DNA of 64,000 nt from the NCBI RefSeq assembly GCF_009914755.1, contig NC_060925.1. One strand, written 5' to 3'. Below, piece by piece: positions 1 to 14,682 of the stretch. Under the pieces are notes generated by a model. The model did not search any database. It saw only the letters and a list, made by a program, of their open reading frames with translations, and was not told where the DNA came from. How positions within the stretch are numbered: the first letter of the stretch is position 1; each line of letters starts with the position of its first letter. Both the position numbers and the translations under genes were made by a program. Source of the stretch: the human T2T-CHM13v2.0 reference genome, Homo sapiens.

Positions 1-419
1 TCTGCGCCAAGTTAAGTAACTTCTCGGGGCCTCAGAGTCTGGTATGAAACAGAGCTAAAGATCGCTCATTGGCTGGTCACGTCGAGTGTAAATGAGGCAA
101 CAGGCAAAGCACTGAGGAGGGTGCCCAGCCCAGACGAGTCTCCAAAAATAAACATCCCTTGCCTTTCCTATTTCCTTCCTAGTCATGGCTGAGGTCTGCC
201 CTGGTGGACCACAGCCACAGTGAAACCAGGGCTAGGAGGACAGGCGGGGGCCTGGGTACCCAAGACAGAGATCCTCAAAGGGCCCTCAGTGTCCTACTGT
301 TTCTCTAGTGTTCACTGAAGTCATGTTCTCTAGGTCAGTGATATTTTGTAGATGAAACTGCAATGTCCTCAGGGCTGATGTTGTCTTTAAAAATGTTCTT
401 TCTACCCAGGAACCCAAAA

Positions 420-1190
420 GGAGATTTAAAATAATGGAGAGGGTTGCCATTTTTCTGAGAATACTATTATTGAATAGATGTCCCTTCTCCCCAAATTAAT
501 CTACAAAATTAACAAAATGATTCCACAATTTATCTGGAAGAGTGATTTCATAGGACTAGCTGAGAACATTTTGAAAATGAAGAGTAATGAGTGGGGATTT
601 GCTCTATCTGATTTTAAAAGGTACAAGTAGTAAAATAGTGTGGTTCTGGCACAGGAAGAGACATCAAATCAATGGAATATAACAGAAGGCCAAGAAACAG
701 ACCCAAATATCTATACAATGTTAGTATATTATGAGGGTGTTATTTCAAAACATTGGGAAAAGGATAGACTATTCAATAAATACTGTTGGTACAATTGGCT
801 AACCATCTGGATAAAAATTAACAATATCCTTACATTTCCCAGCACGCAAATTGACTAAATGTTTAAGTATAACAAATAAAATATGAAAAATACAGGTGAC
901 TATGTAAATAACCTTGGGTTGGCAAAAACTTTCTAAGCCTAATACCAATACCGGTTTCTCTATGGCAGAAACCATAGAGAAAAAAAGTTGACTGCATTAT
1001 CATCAATGCAATTAAAGGCCAGTAAAAACTGCAAGAATGAACATTGTTGATATGTGAAAGGTCAAATATTTGAAAAGAGTTTTACAAATGAATAAGAAAA
1101 AGATAAAAACATTAGCGGAAAAACAGACAAAGAACATAAGCCCAGAATTCAAAACAATAAACACAAATAGCCAATAAAAAGAGGAAGGCT
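420..1190 (+). mobile_element. Ancient L1M ORF2 3' fragment
   Basis: ORF 640-858 (QWN..E.ETDP.IY...WEKD.LFNK.CW.NW..IW) resembles the L1 ORF2 C-terminal region. Confidence 0.7.
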
Positions 1191-3497
1191 CTCTACACTC
1201 CAGGCACACTGGCCTTCTTTCAGGTTCTTGAACATTCTATGCTACCTCCCAACAGAAGACCTCTGTGCTGGCTGTTCCCTCCACTGAGAACACACTCTCC
1301 CTTGATCTTCACCTGGTTCAAATCTATCACCTCTCCACGCAAAGCTAACTTTTACCGGAAGCCTTCCTTGAGCACCCCGCCCAGCTGGACCAAGTGAGAT
1401 TCTCCTTCTTCTCCCTCATAAGCTCTTTCAAAGCTAAGTTGCTTTCCTTCATGGCACTTTTTACAGCTTGTACTTATTTTTGTGATTATTGGATTGTTTA
1501 TCTCCCCCACTGGACAAACTGCCTCTGTTTTTGCTGACCAGTGCATGTGCAGCACGATGGTGAAAAAAATTATAGGGTATGCACAAAATAGAATACAATA
1601 CGGTGAGTTACAATGATGCTCTAAAAGATTTATTTTTAAAAGATTAATAAAAATATGATATATTGTTAAGTAATACAAGTAGGTAACAAAACAATGTCTA
1701 TATACTATTTGGGGGGAGAATGAAGATATATAGAAAAGAGACACACATCACTTTTCTAACAGAGGGTTAGTGTGACATTTATTTTGTTAACGTTGCTCAT
1801 CCATATTTTCTAAAAAATTCAACAATGAATATGCATACATCTGCATATATATAGCTGCTTTTAATAAGGGAAAAAGCTTAAACCTAGCTATGGTTTCCCT
1901 CTGTAAACCCGTGAAGTCCCTGTGCAACTGCTGTAGGAACCACAGTGTGTTCCCTTTCCTTATCTTCTCCCTGACCCTTCTCCACCCTTCCAGCTTTATT
2001 TCCACCACCAACAGAGTACGAGAACATGGCCCAGATCCAAACCAACGTGTCAACCTCTGTTGAGCCACCTCCAAGTCCCAAGTTAGCCATTTTCAGGAAA
2101 TAAAAACTAAATGTATGAGCACACAGCACTTTAGGAAAACCTGAGACTTCCACTAAATAGCTAGATTCCCAAAAACAGTTAAAATGGAATGTGAGTCATA
2201 ATTTTTCAGAAACCTGTCTATGCTTAGCCTTCAGAACTGTCTTCTCAATAAATATATACAGACAGCCTGACCACCTAAGAAAACGGAGCAAGGGCATTTG
2301 CAGGTTTTAATACTGCACAGCAAAGATCATTCTGACAATATTTCAAAGAGATGGGTGATGTGTTTGGCATACATGGTGTACAAGATAAGCAAGATCTAGG
2401 GAGGCAACATTGTCGGGTGCTAGGGATAGAGTGGAAATGGCACCCAGCCTCTCAGATGAGTGTCTCACACAAAAATAAATTTTGTGAGTGTTCAATTACC
2501 TCCACCTGCCTGGCGCAGTGAACATGGTAAGGCTGTGCTGATGTTGCACTCTCCTGGGGTCTCCTTTCTTGAGAATAACAGTGGTCTGCTTATTTGTAGC
2601 TAAGGGAAGAGCCACTTTGCACTTAATGCACTGAAGGAATTGCTCAAGGACTGCTCACCCCCGAGAAAAGCTTAGCCTTGAAGGGCTGCCAAGGACAATG
2701 TTCGCTTTCCTTATCAGTGTGGGTTCAGTAGGTTCAGTCTGGTCACAGTGAGACTCAAACTTCAACTCCAGAAAAACTCTCCACCACTTCTCATGTTTTC
2801 CACACTCCGCAGCCCTCATTTAATCGGGATGGACATTTCCCACTGGGGACTGAGTGTGCTCTTCCTAAATCCAAGCAGGCCGCCCTAACATGATATGTAC
2901 ACGTGGAGGGCAGGCAGATTGCTTCCTTGGGCCCATCTGGACAGTTTTCCTGAGTTCAGAACATTTAGCACTCCTTGTTATGTTCAAGGCTGGGAATTTG
3001 GAAGCTAAAAGAAAAACAGATTCTGCAGAAATAATCGAAACTTCCTCTCTGGCCTCTCTTCACTTTCATTTATAACTTATCTACCCTCTCCTTCTCTACA
3101 GCTCATTGCTCTTACTTAAGGGAAAACTAAAGTTAATATAAGTAATTTGTTATTAAGTCTACATATACACTATTCCTGTCACACACTGTAAAGAAAATAG
3201 ATAATTGGACATTGTGGTAACACCAGTGAGGATAACTTACATTGAAGTGGTGCTCACAAACATACAGTGAAAATGCTGTCCCCAAAGTCACTCATGAGCT
3301 GAGAACACGAGGTGGTCTTTCATTCTCATGGATCCCCCCAACCCCTTCAGAGGTCCGCACCACTAACCCCCTCTCTGAAACCCTCACATCCCTGGCTTTG
3401 GTAATGCTGTATCTTGGCTCCCCACCAATCTCTGTGAATATTCTCTTGGTATCTTGTGAGGAAACTGAGGCAAAGAGAGGTTCAAGGACATGTCCAA

Positions 3498-3617
3498 GAT
3501 CATGTGCTTATTAAGAGATGGAGCCAGGGTCCAGATCCAGGCCCTGACGCTCCCTCTGATCATGCGCTTATTAAGAGATGGAGCCAGGGTTCAGATCCAG
3601 GCCCTGCCGCTCCCTCT
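3498..3617. repeat. 60-bp tandem duplication (2 copies, 3 mismatches) in a MIR-like segment
   Basis: gatcatg[t/c]gcttattaagagatggagccagggt[c/t]cagatccaggccctg[a/c]cgctccctct x2. Confidence 0.95.
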
Positions 3618-4126
3618 CCTGCATCCCTCAGGGGGATCCCTCACAGTCCCTGTGTCCCTCAGTCCTCTCCCAGGACCACTACTGAACACTGATTATAATT
3701 ACCGCTGCCCATGAGATGGTTCCTACATCACATTTATAACGCCGACGTCCGGCTTTCTATCACTTATTCTCAAATGCCTGCTGGGCAATTCCACCTGCAT
3801 GTCAAAATTTAAGTATCTTAAGACCAAACTCATCATCTTTCTAAAATAAGCTTTTCTTCCTGACATCTCCATTGCAGTTAATGACTCCATGCTTCTTCTC
3901 TCTCATGCCTACACTAGAAACCCCTGGCTGCAACATCTTCCTTGGTCTGCCCTCTGCCCTCCAGAATTCAGCCTTTGAAATGTGCACCCTGGCTTTCTCT
4001 GCTGCCAGTACCTCCTCCGGGCCTTCAGCACCTCTCACCTGGAGCTCCTCCTCCTGGCTACTAGCTTCCATGTCTCCCTTCAGCCTCCCCTGCCTACTGC
4101 AGCAGCCAGGCCAATCACCCTAGGGC

Positions 4127-4347
4127 AGGGTTGCTCAGAGTCAGCCCTACGGACACTTGAGGCTGATCATTCTCCGTTGTAGAGGCCGTCCTGTGCATTT
4201 TAAGATGTTTCACAGCATCCCTGGTCTCCACCCTCTAGACAGTCGTAGCACACACCCTCTATTCCATCCGCTTACCCCAAAACCAAAATTGTCTTCAGAC
4301 ATTGCCAAATGTCCCCTGGGGGACAAAATCACCCCATTTGAGAACCA
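4127..4347. mobile_element. MER20 hAT-Charlie DNA transposon relic
   Basis: cagcatccctgg...cagacattgccaaatgtcccctggggg...ttgagaacca. Confidence 0.75.
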
Positions 4348-4679
4348 AAACCCTAACGTATGACTTAAACATGCTCCTCCGTTCAGAAACTCTCAGTGGC
4401 TCGTCGATGGCCTCCTGAGGAATCAATAAGAAGAAAATAGTTTTCAAAGATTAGGAAATTCATTTTCCTATTTATGATTTCCTTTCTCTTGAGGTTCTGG
4501 GCTTAACCACATTTGGGCTAGGGTTCAAGGCGTACTGCAGAAAGAAGGTCAAAGAGGAAAAGCAGATGACGTTAGCTGGCAAATCCATCCACGGTGTTAC
4601 ATCCCAAACTCCCATGGCTGAGTGCCCCCCAGCCTGGAAGCAGTGAGGCAAGGAGAGATGAATACCTCAGCAGGCTCCA

Positions 4680-4900
4680 GGGCCAGATGGCTTGAATTTG
4701 GGACCCAGCCCCACCACTTCTAATTCTAGGACCCTCAACCTACCCTTTAGCCTCTCTCTGCCCCAGTTTCCTCATATGAAAATAGGAATGAAAACGGTAC
4801 CTAATTCATAAAGCTGCTGTGAGGCTCAGTGACTTCATTTATGTAAAGCACTTCAAAAGTGCCTGGTATGAACAAGTAATTGATAAATGCTACCCATTAA
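4680..4900 (+). mobile_element. MIR
   Basis: cagtttcctcat...aaaatagg...atgtaaagcact core. Confidence 0.6.
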
Positions 4901-5149
4901 TATTATTACTATTGTTACTACATTTCTTGCTATATTGCTGGTCTGTCTCCAAAACATGCCCTTGGTCCAGGCCAAAGTCAGTCCTTCCCTGGCCATGAAC
5001 CTATCTTATGCTTGCCCCAGCAAGGCCCATGTTCATGTTCTTTCTGCTAAAACCCCCTGCAGTTCACTTCGTCCTGTTGAAATTTCACAAATATTTTTTT
5101 TCATTCAACAAATGTCTATTAAGCTCCTACTTTTTTTTTCTGTGTGAAT

Positions 5150-5485
5150 GTTATTTTTCTTTTTTAAAAAATGCTTTTTAATTTTTGTGGGTACATAGCA
5201 GGTACATATATTTATGGGGTACATGAAATGTTTTGATACAGGCAAGCAATAAGCAATATGGAAAATTGGGCATCCATCCCTTCAAGCATTTATCCTTTGT
5301 GTTATAAACAATCCAATTACACTTTTTTAGTTATTTTGAAATACACAATTAAATTACTTTTGACAATAGTCACCCTGTCGTGCTATAAAATACTAGGTCT
5401 CATTCATTCTTTCCAATAGTACATTTTGTTTGTACCCATTAACCATCCGCACTTCCCTCCTACCCTACCCCGCCTCCCCTTCCCA
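5150..5485 (-). mobile_element. Old L1 (L1MA/PB) 3' fragment
   Basis: tttgtgggtacatag...ttttgatacagg...tgtacccattaacc. Confidence 0.7.
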
Positions 5486-7955
5486 GTGCAGACGTCTTTC
5501 AAGGCCTAACTTAAATGTCATCTCTGTCACAAATTCTCCCCTCTTCACAGTGAGAACAATCTTTCCCATTCCTGAATGCCACAACCCTCTGATTATGTGC
5601 CCAACATCTTATGTCATGATTGTAGATGACAGAATCACTTCCCAGCTAAATAAATCCCAGCCCCTACAGTAGAAGCCACTATTGGGGGATCAGTAGATCC
5701 CCTATAGAAGCTGACATAGAGTGCCTTAATTATTTCATGCACGCATTTAAGTGAGAATTACTATGTACTTCCGAAGTACTTGGTAACTTAATGCTCAAAT
5801 GCATCCATGAAATAATTAATCTAAGGCGCTATTTTACAATAAGTAAATAAAGGCTTGTGTTCTGAGTCATACCTACTGTAAATACTTTTCCTCGTATTAT
5901 CTCATTTAATCCACATAACCCTCAGGAGGTGGATCCTGTTGTGATGATTCCCAGTTGTCTGGAGGAAAGCAAATGATGTTATAGAGAAGCCCCATCTGAG
6001 AGAACATATTGGGGTCCCTGTCCCAGCTCTGCCACTAACCAGTTGTGAAACCAGCACCTCACTCTACTTTCTGGGCCTTCATTTCCTCATCGGTAATTAA
6101 GGCAACCTCTATGGCCCCTTCAGCTCTAACATAACAAACCCCAAGCCCAGACTGAGTGGACTACAGATCTAAGCAACAGGAACATTCATTACGCTTCTAA
6201 TATTCAAATGGAAAAAAAAAAAACTTTGTTCATATGCAACTAAACCATCCGTTTAGAACACTAGAAGCAGTAGCATAATCACAGTTATCAAGTCCATAAT
6301 GCTTCAATATGTCATAACAACATGCTGAATTACAGAGATAACTGAGACAAAAGCACTGTTTTTGCCTGTTTATTGGAATATTTCTCATTCTGCTCATATT
6401 TTCAGCGGGAAAAAATAAACATGAATTTTTTTCCACTCATAATTTTCTATAATAACTCAGGCTTTTGAATCTTACCTATCATTCATCTCTGACTCTCCCA
6501 TCCTGCCTAGCACAGTGCCTTGCATGTAACAGACTCCACATATATTTGCTGATCAGTCTACCTGTTCTATATCTATTTATTCTTATGCCATGTAGACAGA
6601 AGCCACTTTGTAAGAAGTTTCCAAGCCAGTTGTGGCAGGAAACTTTTCTAAATTGCAGGATGTTTTCAATTGCCTTGGTGGGTGAAGGGTTAAATTAAAG
6701 GGACAGCTCTGATGCCTACCAGTCCAAATAGAGTTGCTGGCCAGCACTGCCCACTTTTTCTCTTTAGGCCTCCCCGGTACACTACCAACCCTAGCCTAAA
6801 GGTGCGTAAGCCCAAAACCTCAATCTCTTGAGAACTGTTTCCTTCTCTTTGTGACCTGTATCAACAGTTTAGGTACAGACTTACTCTAAGCAGTTTGTTC
6901 TAAGCTTGTGATTTTTTTTAAAAGCTTTCTGGGTTAATGAACCCATCTGAGATTCTGCTGAAAGCTACAAACCCACTTCAGAGAAATGCATATACAAGTC
7001 TTCATACATGTTCAGGTGTGGGGCTGGGGGACGGTTCAGAGACCTCCAGGAGCTGGTCCATGGGCATGAAGCTCAGAAGCTCTGGGAGGTGCCAAGCAGA
7101 GAGGGGCAAGCAAGGAGACTGAGACCACAATGGATGCGGCCACTATGCTGTCTGCCAGGAGGCATGAGGCTCCTTCTCCAACAAAAAGGCCATCAAGTCT
7201 CATAACATGGGCCTGTTAGAATGGCACCAGCACCAAACCTGGACTCACGAATCATTCAGAGGTTTTAACTTTAAATATCAGAGAAAGAAAAAAGAACAAA
7301 GAAAATGTTTTGAGTAGGAGAGAAGAAAATGTCCCTTAAAAGATAAATTCAAAATGACTTAAAAATATATATATATGTGATGGCCTCCAGTTACTATGGA
7401 TATTAACTCATCACTTCTCCGCAGGCTACCTCCCCATAATAATTCAATATTTACCTGACCTAAACCAGGGTGGGCTCAGCGGATGGCCTGGGGCACCACT
7501 TGCAATTGATTTTTAGTGGCCAGCAGCTGTAATCGAATAATGTGAGTGTCTAGCAGTAGTTTGATTAGATTAGAGCAAATGTTATGGCCCTGTAATTTGG
7601 GAAATTCTGCAAATTTGAGCTTCCAGATCATCTCTGGACTCCATCATCAGTGCCTGCATGAATAGCAGACTTAGGAAATGTTTGATGAATGACTTAATGA
7701 AATGCATGAATAGGTAAGCTAATGGTTTGTAGCCCCTATCACCCTCACCATATACAAACACTGGCAGTTTCATATGACTACACCTTTGCTCATGTTCTTT
7801 CCCCCTTCTTCACCTAATTGCCACTTCCTTCAGAACTGAGCTCCGGCATCATCTCCTCCTGGAAGCCTTCCCATATTTCCCCTAGCTGGGATAAGAGCTC
7901 TGGATTCCTTACAGCACCTTTTCATAAGAATTAACATTTGTCTTCCTTTCGTATC

Positions 7956-8326
7956 TGCTAAGAGCTGAATTGTATCCCTCTAAATTCATACATTGAAGCC
8001 TTAACCCCCAATATGACTCTATTTGGAGATAGGGCCTTTAAGAGGTAATTAAAGTTAAATGAAGTCATAAGGTGGGGCCCTAATCCAACATGACCACAGA
8101 GCTCTCTCCCGTCCCCACCCCTGCACCCACACCAAGGAAAGGCCATGTGAGAACACAGCAAGAAGGCAGCTGTCTGCAACCCAGGAAGAGAGCCTTCACC
8201 AGAACCCAGCCGTGCTGGCACCTTGATCATGAACTTCCAGCCTCCAGAACTGTGACAAAATTTAATTTCCATCGTTTAAGTCATCCAACATGGTATTTTG
8301 TTAAGGCAGCCCAAGCTGACGGAGAC
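7956..8326 (+). mobile_element. MLT1 (MaLR) solo LTR
   Basis: tatttggagatagggcctttaag...gctggcaccttgatc...cagcctccagaactgtga. Confidence 0.8.
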
Positions 8327-9084
8327 AGTATCCCACATAGGCTCGAGCTCCTGAGGGCCGGGACTGTACTGTGTTCTTATTTCTAGTCTTAGCACCTAAG
8401 GCAGCCCTTGAACATAGTTAAGCGCTCAATAAATTATTGTTGAACAAATGTAAGAGTGGATGAAGATAAGAAGCCGGAAAGACTTCCTCCCTTTCCCACC
8501 CTTAGGACTGACTGCAAAGCCATGTTTGGACCCTCATCACTGTCAGTGAAAAACTCAATACTCCAGGTGCTGTCACTCCCAAGAGAGGGGCAAGGCGCAA
8601 GTCAAGGCCAGACATCAATCCTCTCACGGTCCTCCCTGCCCATCACTGCAGCTGTCGTTGCTGCCTGACTCAGATGTCAGAAGCAAAGAGGAAAGGACAG
8701 AGCATTTAGAAATAATAAAACCCTTGGCTCAATGATGTCCTTTATTCATACAGTAGCAGGTCTTAGCTGTTGAACTTGGCTGTGGAGTCCTTCAGCCCTC
8801 TTCTAATCAAGCTATGAGTACTCAACTGGGATTACGTATGTATGTATTCTGTGGTTTGAGAGATAAACAAGAGGAAAAGTACAGTGCCTGCCCTGGAGGA
8901 ATCTGTAATGTGGGCTGCAGAGGTCTCACATTAGGGTTTGCTCTCAGTCCTTCCCACATTTGTAACTTGGTAGACAAAGGTTTACTGAGAATCTAGAACA
9001 CACAGGCCACAGTCAGGTGAAAAAAAAGATAAATCGGTTGTGGATCCTAGCTTTAAGGAGCTTTTATAACTAAAAATATAACAA

Positions 9085-9300
9085 TAACAATGAAGATACC
9101 AATATTTATTGAAATCTTACTACATAATAGGCATTCTTCTGTGTGTTTCTATAGATTTAACTTATTTAATTCTCACAACAGTTCTATAACATGGGTACTA
9201 TTATCCCCCATCTTACAGAAGAGGAAACTGAGGCAGAGGCAATTAAGGGGCTTGCCCCACATATAAAGCCACCAAAGCAGTAGAGCAAGGATTCCAGTCC
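9085..9300 (-). mobile_element. MIR
   Basis: ttacagaagaggaaactgaggc core. Confidence 0.65.
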
Positions 9301-11030
9301 CCCCGGATTGCCACATGGTGACAGGGCCCTTATTTCCCCTCATCTCTAGAATGATACAGCTGCACTATGTGCAAAATTTTCATATGTTGGTGAAAGGATA
9401 TGAGGGAGCACAACATCTAAAGTAGGGGCACAGTCAAGTGGGAGCAGGTTTGTCCAGGGGCAGCTTGCTCAGCCAGGTGCCCTCAGTCCCCACTCTGTCC
9501 AGGAAGACCCTGCAGGAGAGCAAAAGGCTCCATGCAAACCCTGGCCCAGACCATCTCCTAGGCTCTCTCCAGCACACCACACCATGATTCTAGTGCTCTG
9601 GGAGTTCTGAGAACACAGAGATTTCCTGGAGCTGGGGAGGAAGCCAAGGACCATCTGAGAGTCACAGGAGGTTGTGGCAGTGAGATGGAAGCTGACAGAG
9701 GGGCGCCCAGATGCAGGAACAGCTGTGGAAAGGCCAGCTGGAGGAGAGGGCACAGAGGCTTAGGGTAGAGTCAATGAATGGGGTCAGCAGGGCTAACATG
9801 AATTTTGTTCCACCCTAGATTTTCCAAGTCCATGCATCATCCTGGGTGCATTCATTCATGTGAACGTGTGGCCATCTCACTCTTCAACCTTATGAAAGTG
9901 TGTGTATCTTAATCCAGTAATGGTACTGAAAGAATAGTTTCAATGTAAACTGAAGGTCCAGGAAGCAATGGGCTGGTACAGTCTTTTGCATTTCCATGGA
10001 CGTTAGCTTAGGCTACATCACCGAGAACATGACCCAGTTTAGCAACAACATCAACACAGCAGGCACTATAGGAAAACGCCAAGTATTAGAAGACCAAGGC
10101 ACGTAGGCAGCAAGATGCACAGAAACCATGTAGCAAAGTGAAGGTAGAGGCCAGGTAGCCAGCTCTGCTTTCGATTAAAGCCCCTGTTAACCACACTACA
10201 TGGAGGAAATTGAGAAACAGCAATTTTAATAGCAGCAATGACAGAGTAACAGGAGTCTACCCTTGAGTGTGGCTGCAGTATTCCACCCAAGATGCAAAGG
10301 CAACTGCTACAGAGATAGGGTAGGTTCACTCCCAGCTTTAGATAATCTGTGTGTTTGAAGAGCTCCCAAAGAACTGGGTCTTCCTTCATCTGGAGATGAC
10401 AAGGGGCAAGAGCTCTCTGTGTGCTCATTTCCATGTAAATGAAAACTGCAGCAGCAGATTTTCAGCAAAGCCACTCTCGAGGGGATAGATAAATGCCCTG
10501 CTACCTCCTTAAACCATACAAGACCCTCCCTGATTAATTCAAAGCCCATTGCACAGACTGCACTTTAAGGAGCGCTTCCTCAAATCAGGCCCTGGCATTC
10601 CAGGGGCCCATGGGTGGCAAAGATCTAGGAAGGTCTGGGGCCGAGAAGAGGCTGCAGCAAGGTACTCTTGGCAGGCTATCAGGCTGCTTTCCTGAAGGGC
10701 TCTGAGGCTGGACTGCAGAGGATTTCCAGGCATTCCTGCAAAGGACTAGGAATCCCAAGATCTCCAGCCCACAGACACCCAGAAGCAGCATCCTACCTGC
10801 AAAGCTATAGAGGACTCCCAAGAGTTAGAGATAGCAGGCAGCTGGAGGTGAGAGGAGGCAGTCAACAACAAGGATAAGCACTTAGTGAGTCACTGGATTC
10901 AAATGCAACTCCCAGTTCACCCCACTGTCCTACCTGAGCCCATGGGGGCGAACTCACCATGCCCGCACACCTCCAGCATCCAGCAACAGAAATAGCATGC
11001 TAGATAAGGGGGAAGCAGAGCAAGGGATGC

Positions 11031-11077
11031 ATGGAGCACCTCCCTCCCTCATGGACCACCTCCCTCCCTCATGGACC
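11031..11077. repeat. 20-bp tandem duplication
   Basis: cacctccctccctcatggac x2. Confidence 0.85.
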
Positions 11078-12022
11078 TCCGGAGCACCTATAACAAATCA
11101 CTCGCCTGCTTCACATGTTTAATCTCTTTTTCCTGAGGCTTCTGTGAGCACACAAAAGGAGCTGACCGGGCTTGGGCCAACAGCTATTGAGAAGTTCCTC
11201 TCAACACCACAAGGACCTTTTCCATTTCCAGACGTCACCATTCACTGAACATGCCAGCAGCAGGCACTGAGAACAGACTGGCACATCCCATTTTGCAGCA
11301 AAACAGCTCCTCTAGCTGCCTGACATCATGTCCACACACAATGAGTTTTCACGGGGGTCAGGACCTGCACGTGGGAAGGCGTTTACATGCTGTGCAGAGC
11401 ATCCCTTACCCTCCCTTTGTAATTAGGGAGGCAAAAGGCAAAAATAGCCCTATGTGCAGTGGAGAGGTGTCTCCCTCCAGACGCTCAATAATAACTCTGT
11501 TTTGTATTTACGAAATGCCTCTGACACTGCCTCCTGTATACCAGCACATCCTATGTCCCTGTGAAGTCCAGAGGAACAAGTCTTATGGCCCCTGATTTAC
11601 AGATGAAGAAACCAATGAATGGCAAGGTTAAGGGACCTGCTTCAGAGGTGACAGAGCTGGTCACAGAGGGTGGGGTGATGGAGAGATCACTCTCTAACAA
11701 TTGAATACTTTGAAGATGAACTGACAGCCAGAGAACACTGAATCTTTGAAAAACTCAGGGACAGCGCTGCCAAAAAATTTGTGCAGGGAGAATCTGTATC
11801 CGGAGGGCTGAGCACATTTTTTAAAATCCCGGTGCCCCAGGACAGAGGAAGGGGCAGCAGCAGGGATGACGCCCCCTGGCCACCATCACTGCAGTGTTCA
11901 GGTGACAGACCCCTCTGCTCAATGTCCCTAGGAAGGGAGACACCCAAAGCCACTCATGGCCACACTGACCCTGCTGTACTCTACTCCTCCTCTTAGCTTT
12001 GTCCTCCCATTGAAGGTTAGAA

Positions 12023-12160
12023 AGCTACTCGGGAGGCTGAGGCAGGAGAATTGCTTGAGATCAGGAGGCAGAAGCTGCAGCGAGCCGAGATCGTGGCACT
12101 GCACTCCAGCCTGGGCAACAAGAGTGAAACGTTGTCTCAAGAAAAAAAAAAAAAGAAAGT
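12023..12160 (+). mobile_element. 5'-truncated Alu (right arm plus A tail)
   Basis: gctactcgggaggctgagg...ccagcctgggcaac...An. Confidence 0.9.
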
Positions 12161-13055
12161 AGCAAAAAGAAAAGGTTCTGACTCTTCTGCAGCTGAGCCT
12201 CGGACAGCTCTATGTGGATTCTCCACCCCCTCATCATAGGCTTCCTCCCTTCTGGCTCTGTCAACTTTCTGTTCATTGACATGGGCATCCAGAATTCAGA
12301 TTACTTAAACATTAACCAAATAATACACAAATAAGTCTCCCGCCCCCAAATAAGAGGAGCAATCAATTGCCAGAATAAAGTGTTGTTGGTTTCTTAAAAA
12401 TTCTTATTATGACCAATGCTGATGGTCAGCATAACTCCTCAGCCTCCAAAAAAAAAAAAAAGAACACCTCGCATCCACAAAGCAATGCTATAAACGGAAG
12501 AATGATAGAAAAAAGCCTAGTCCACCATTTACAATCCAAGGGGAAAAATCTGGGCAAGCCTTTTAAATGTCACAGAGCAATTCAGACCATATCGTTCTAA
12601 ATCAGAGGAACTGTACATTTCCAAAATATTACACCCCCATTTTGTGTAAGTATAATTAAAACACTTAGGTAGCCTTCATCAGCCACCAAGTATATGCTGG
12701 CATGCTATAACCGAAACATACAGATGAGCCCCCCAACACACACACAAAACATTAACTGAAAATGCATCCTTGGGTTAGATTCTAACATTGACACTCAGAG
12801 TTGGTTAACAGTGGTAGCTTAAAAGGACTGTTGAGAGCCTTTCACAAGATTAACTCTAAACCTATTAAATTTTTACAAAACAAGCAGATCCTATTGTTTC
12901 TTGCCTGGAGAAAATCAGAATCTTCTAGGTGTTAAGTATTTAGGGAAGTCTGAAGGATTCTTCTATGTACTGAGAATCTGAATTTGAAACTAGTTAGAAC
13001 AGGAACAATGCTGTGGACACAAAGACATCAAAGAATCCACCATAAGAATGCATTT

Positions 13056-13625
13056 TCTTTCTTTCTTTCTTTCTTTTTTTTTGAGACAAGCTCTTACTCT
13101 GTCCCCTAGGCTGGAGGGCAGTGGCTTGATTTCAGCTCACTGCACTTCTGCTGCGACTACAGACACGTGCCACCACACCCAGCTAATTTTTTTTTTTTTC
13201 AGATGGAGTCTCGCTCTGTTGCCCAGGCTGGAGTTCAGTGGCACAATCTCGGCTCACTGTAATCCCCACCTCCTGGGTTCAAGCGATTCTCCTGTTTCAG
13301 CCTGCTGGGTAGCTGGATTACAGGTACATGCCACCATGCCCAGCTAATTTTTGTATTTTTAGTAGAGATGGGGTTTTGCCACATTGGCCAAGCTGATCTC
13401 AAACTCCTGACCTCAAGTGATCCACCTGCCTCGGTCTCCCAAAGTGCTGGGATTACAGGCATGAGCCACCGTGCCCGGCCACACCCAGCTAATTTTTGTA
13501 CTTTTGGTAGAGACGGGGTTTTTGCATGTTGCCCAGGCTGGTCTTGAACTCCTGGGCTCAAGTGATCCAACCACCTTCGCCTCCCAAAGTGCTGAGGTTA
13601 CAGATGTCAGCCACCGCACCAGGCC
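13056..13625 (-). mobile_element. AluS (13192-13480) nested in the linker of an older AluJ-type element
   Basis: TSD acacccagctaattttt at 13175-13191 and 13481-13497. Confidence 0.85.
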
Positions 13626-14478
13626 CATTTTCTTTCTTTCTTAAAAAGAATCTCCCTCCTCCTGATTCACCCAATTCAACCACATATGTATTTTATAAAT
13701 GTAATCAGACCCCAAAAATAAGGTCTTTTTATATTTTGTTACTCTGAGAAAAAAAGGAATATAATGCATGAGTGACCCTCCTTGCTCATCTCCACTTCCA
13801 CGGTGGTAATTCTGGGAGATAAAGGTCACAAATTTCAAACAGAAACATGAGATAACCGGGTTACACCTTCATTTGCAAAGAACGTCACCCTTACTCATCC
13901 TCTCTTGAAAACTCAATGGATTGGGATGATAATGAAATGATCACTGATCAGGTTTACCAGGTTCTGCAATTCCTCTCACTCCTTAGAACCAAAATCCATT
14001 CCTGGAGACTGGGTGTGCACTCTTGGGTACACATATAGGGTTATGCTTCTGTCTGCCTGCAGGCCCTGACCTGCTGGGGCCTGCACATGCCTCTGTTACA
14101 CAGGGGAGAGTCATCTATAATGGCACTCCCAACTTTATTGTCCTTTCCAAATAATGTCAAGAATTATTTTGTTTGACTTCTCTGATGTTCCCAGTTTACC
14201 TTGTTTAAGATTAATAAAGCAATTACAATACTCTCAATTAAGAAGCTATTTGAGCAACTCAATTATTTCTATTTTTTTTTTTTCTTGAGTGGATAGTTTT
14301 CTTCTCTCTTAGGGTAGTACGGCATCCTTTTCTTGAGAGAAGAAGAAATATTGGGCCAAATTCTTTCCTAAAACACAGCATCTTAAGCTCATACCATGAA
14401 ACATGGCTTTCTGAGTAAGTGACTCTCAGATCTCACAAACTATCAAATGTTATTTTTACTTCAAATTTAACCTTTTAG

Positions 14479-14682
<204 letters not shown>

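Noticed and set aside
3456-3714. ORFs with a repeated peptide (DHxLIKRWSQG)
   Set aside because: Produced by the 60-bp DNA duplication; no splice or coding support.
12191-12211. REST/NRSE-like motif (cggacagctc)
   Set aside because: Only the right half-site matches.
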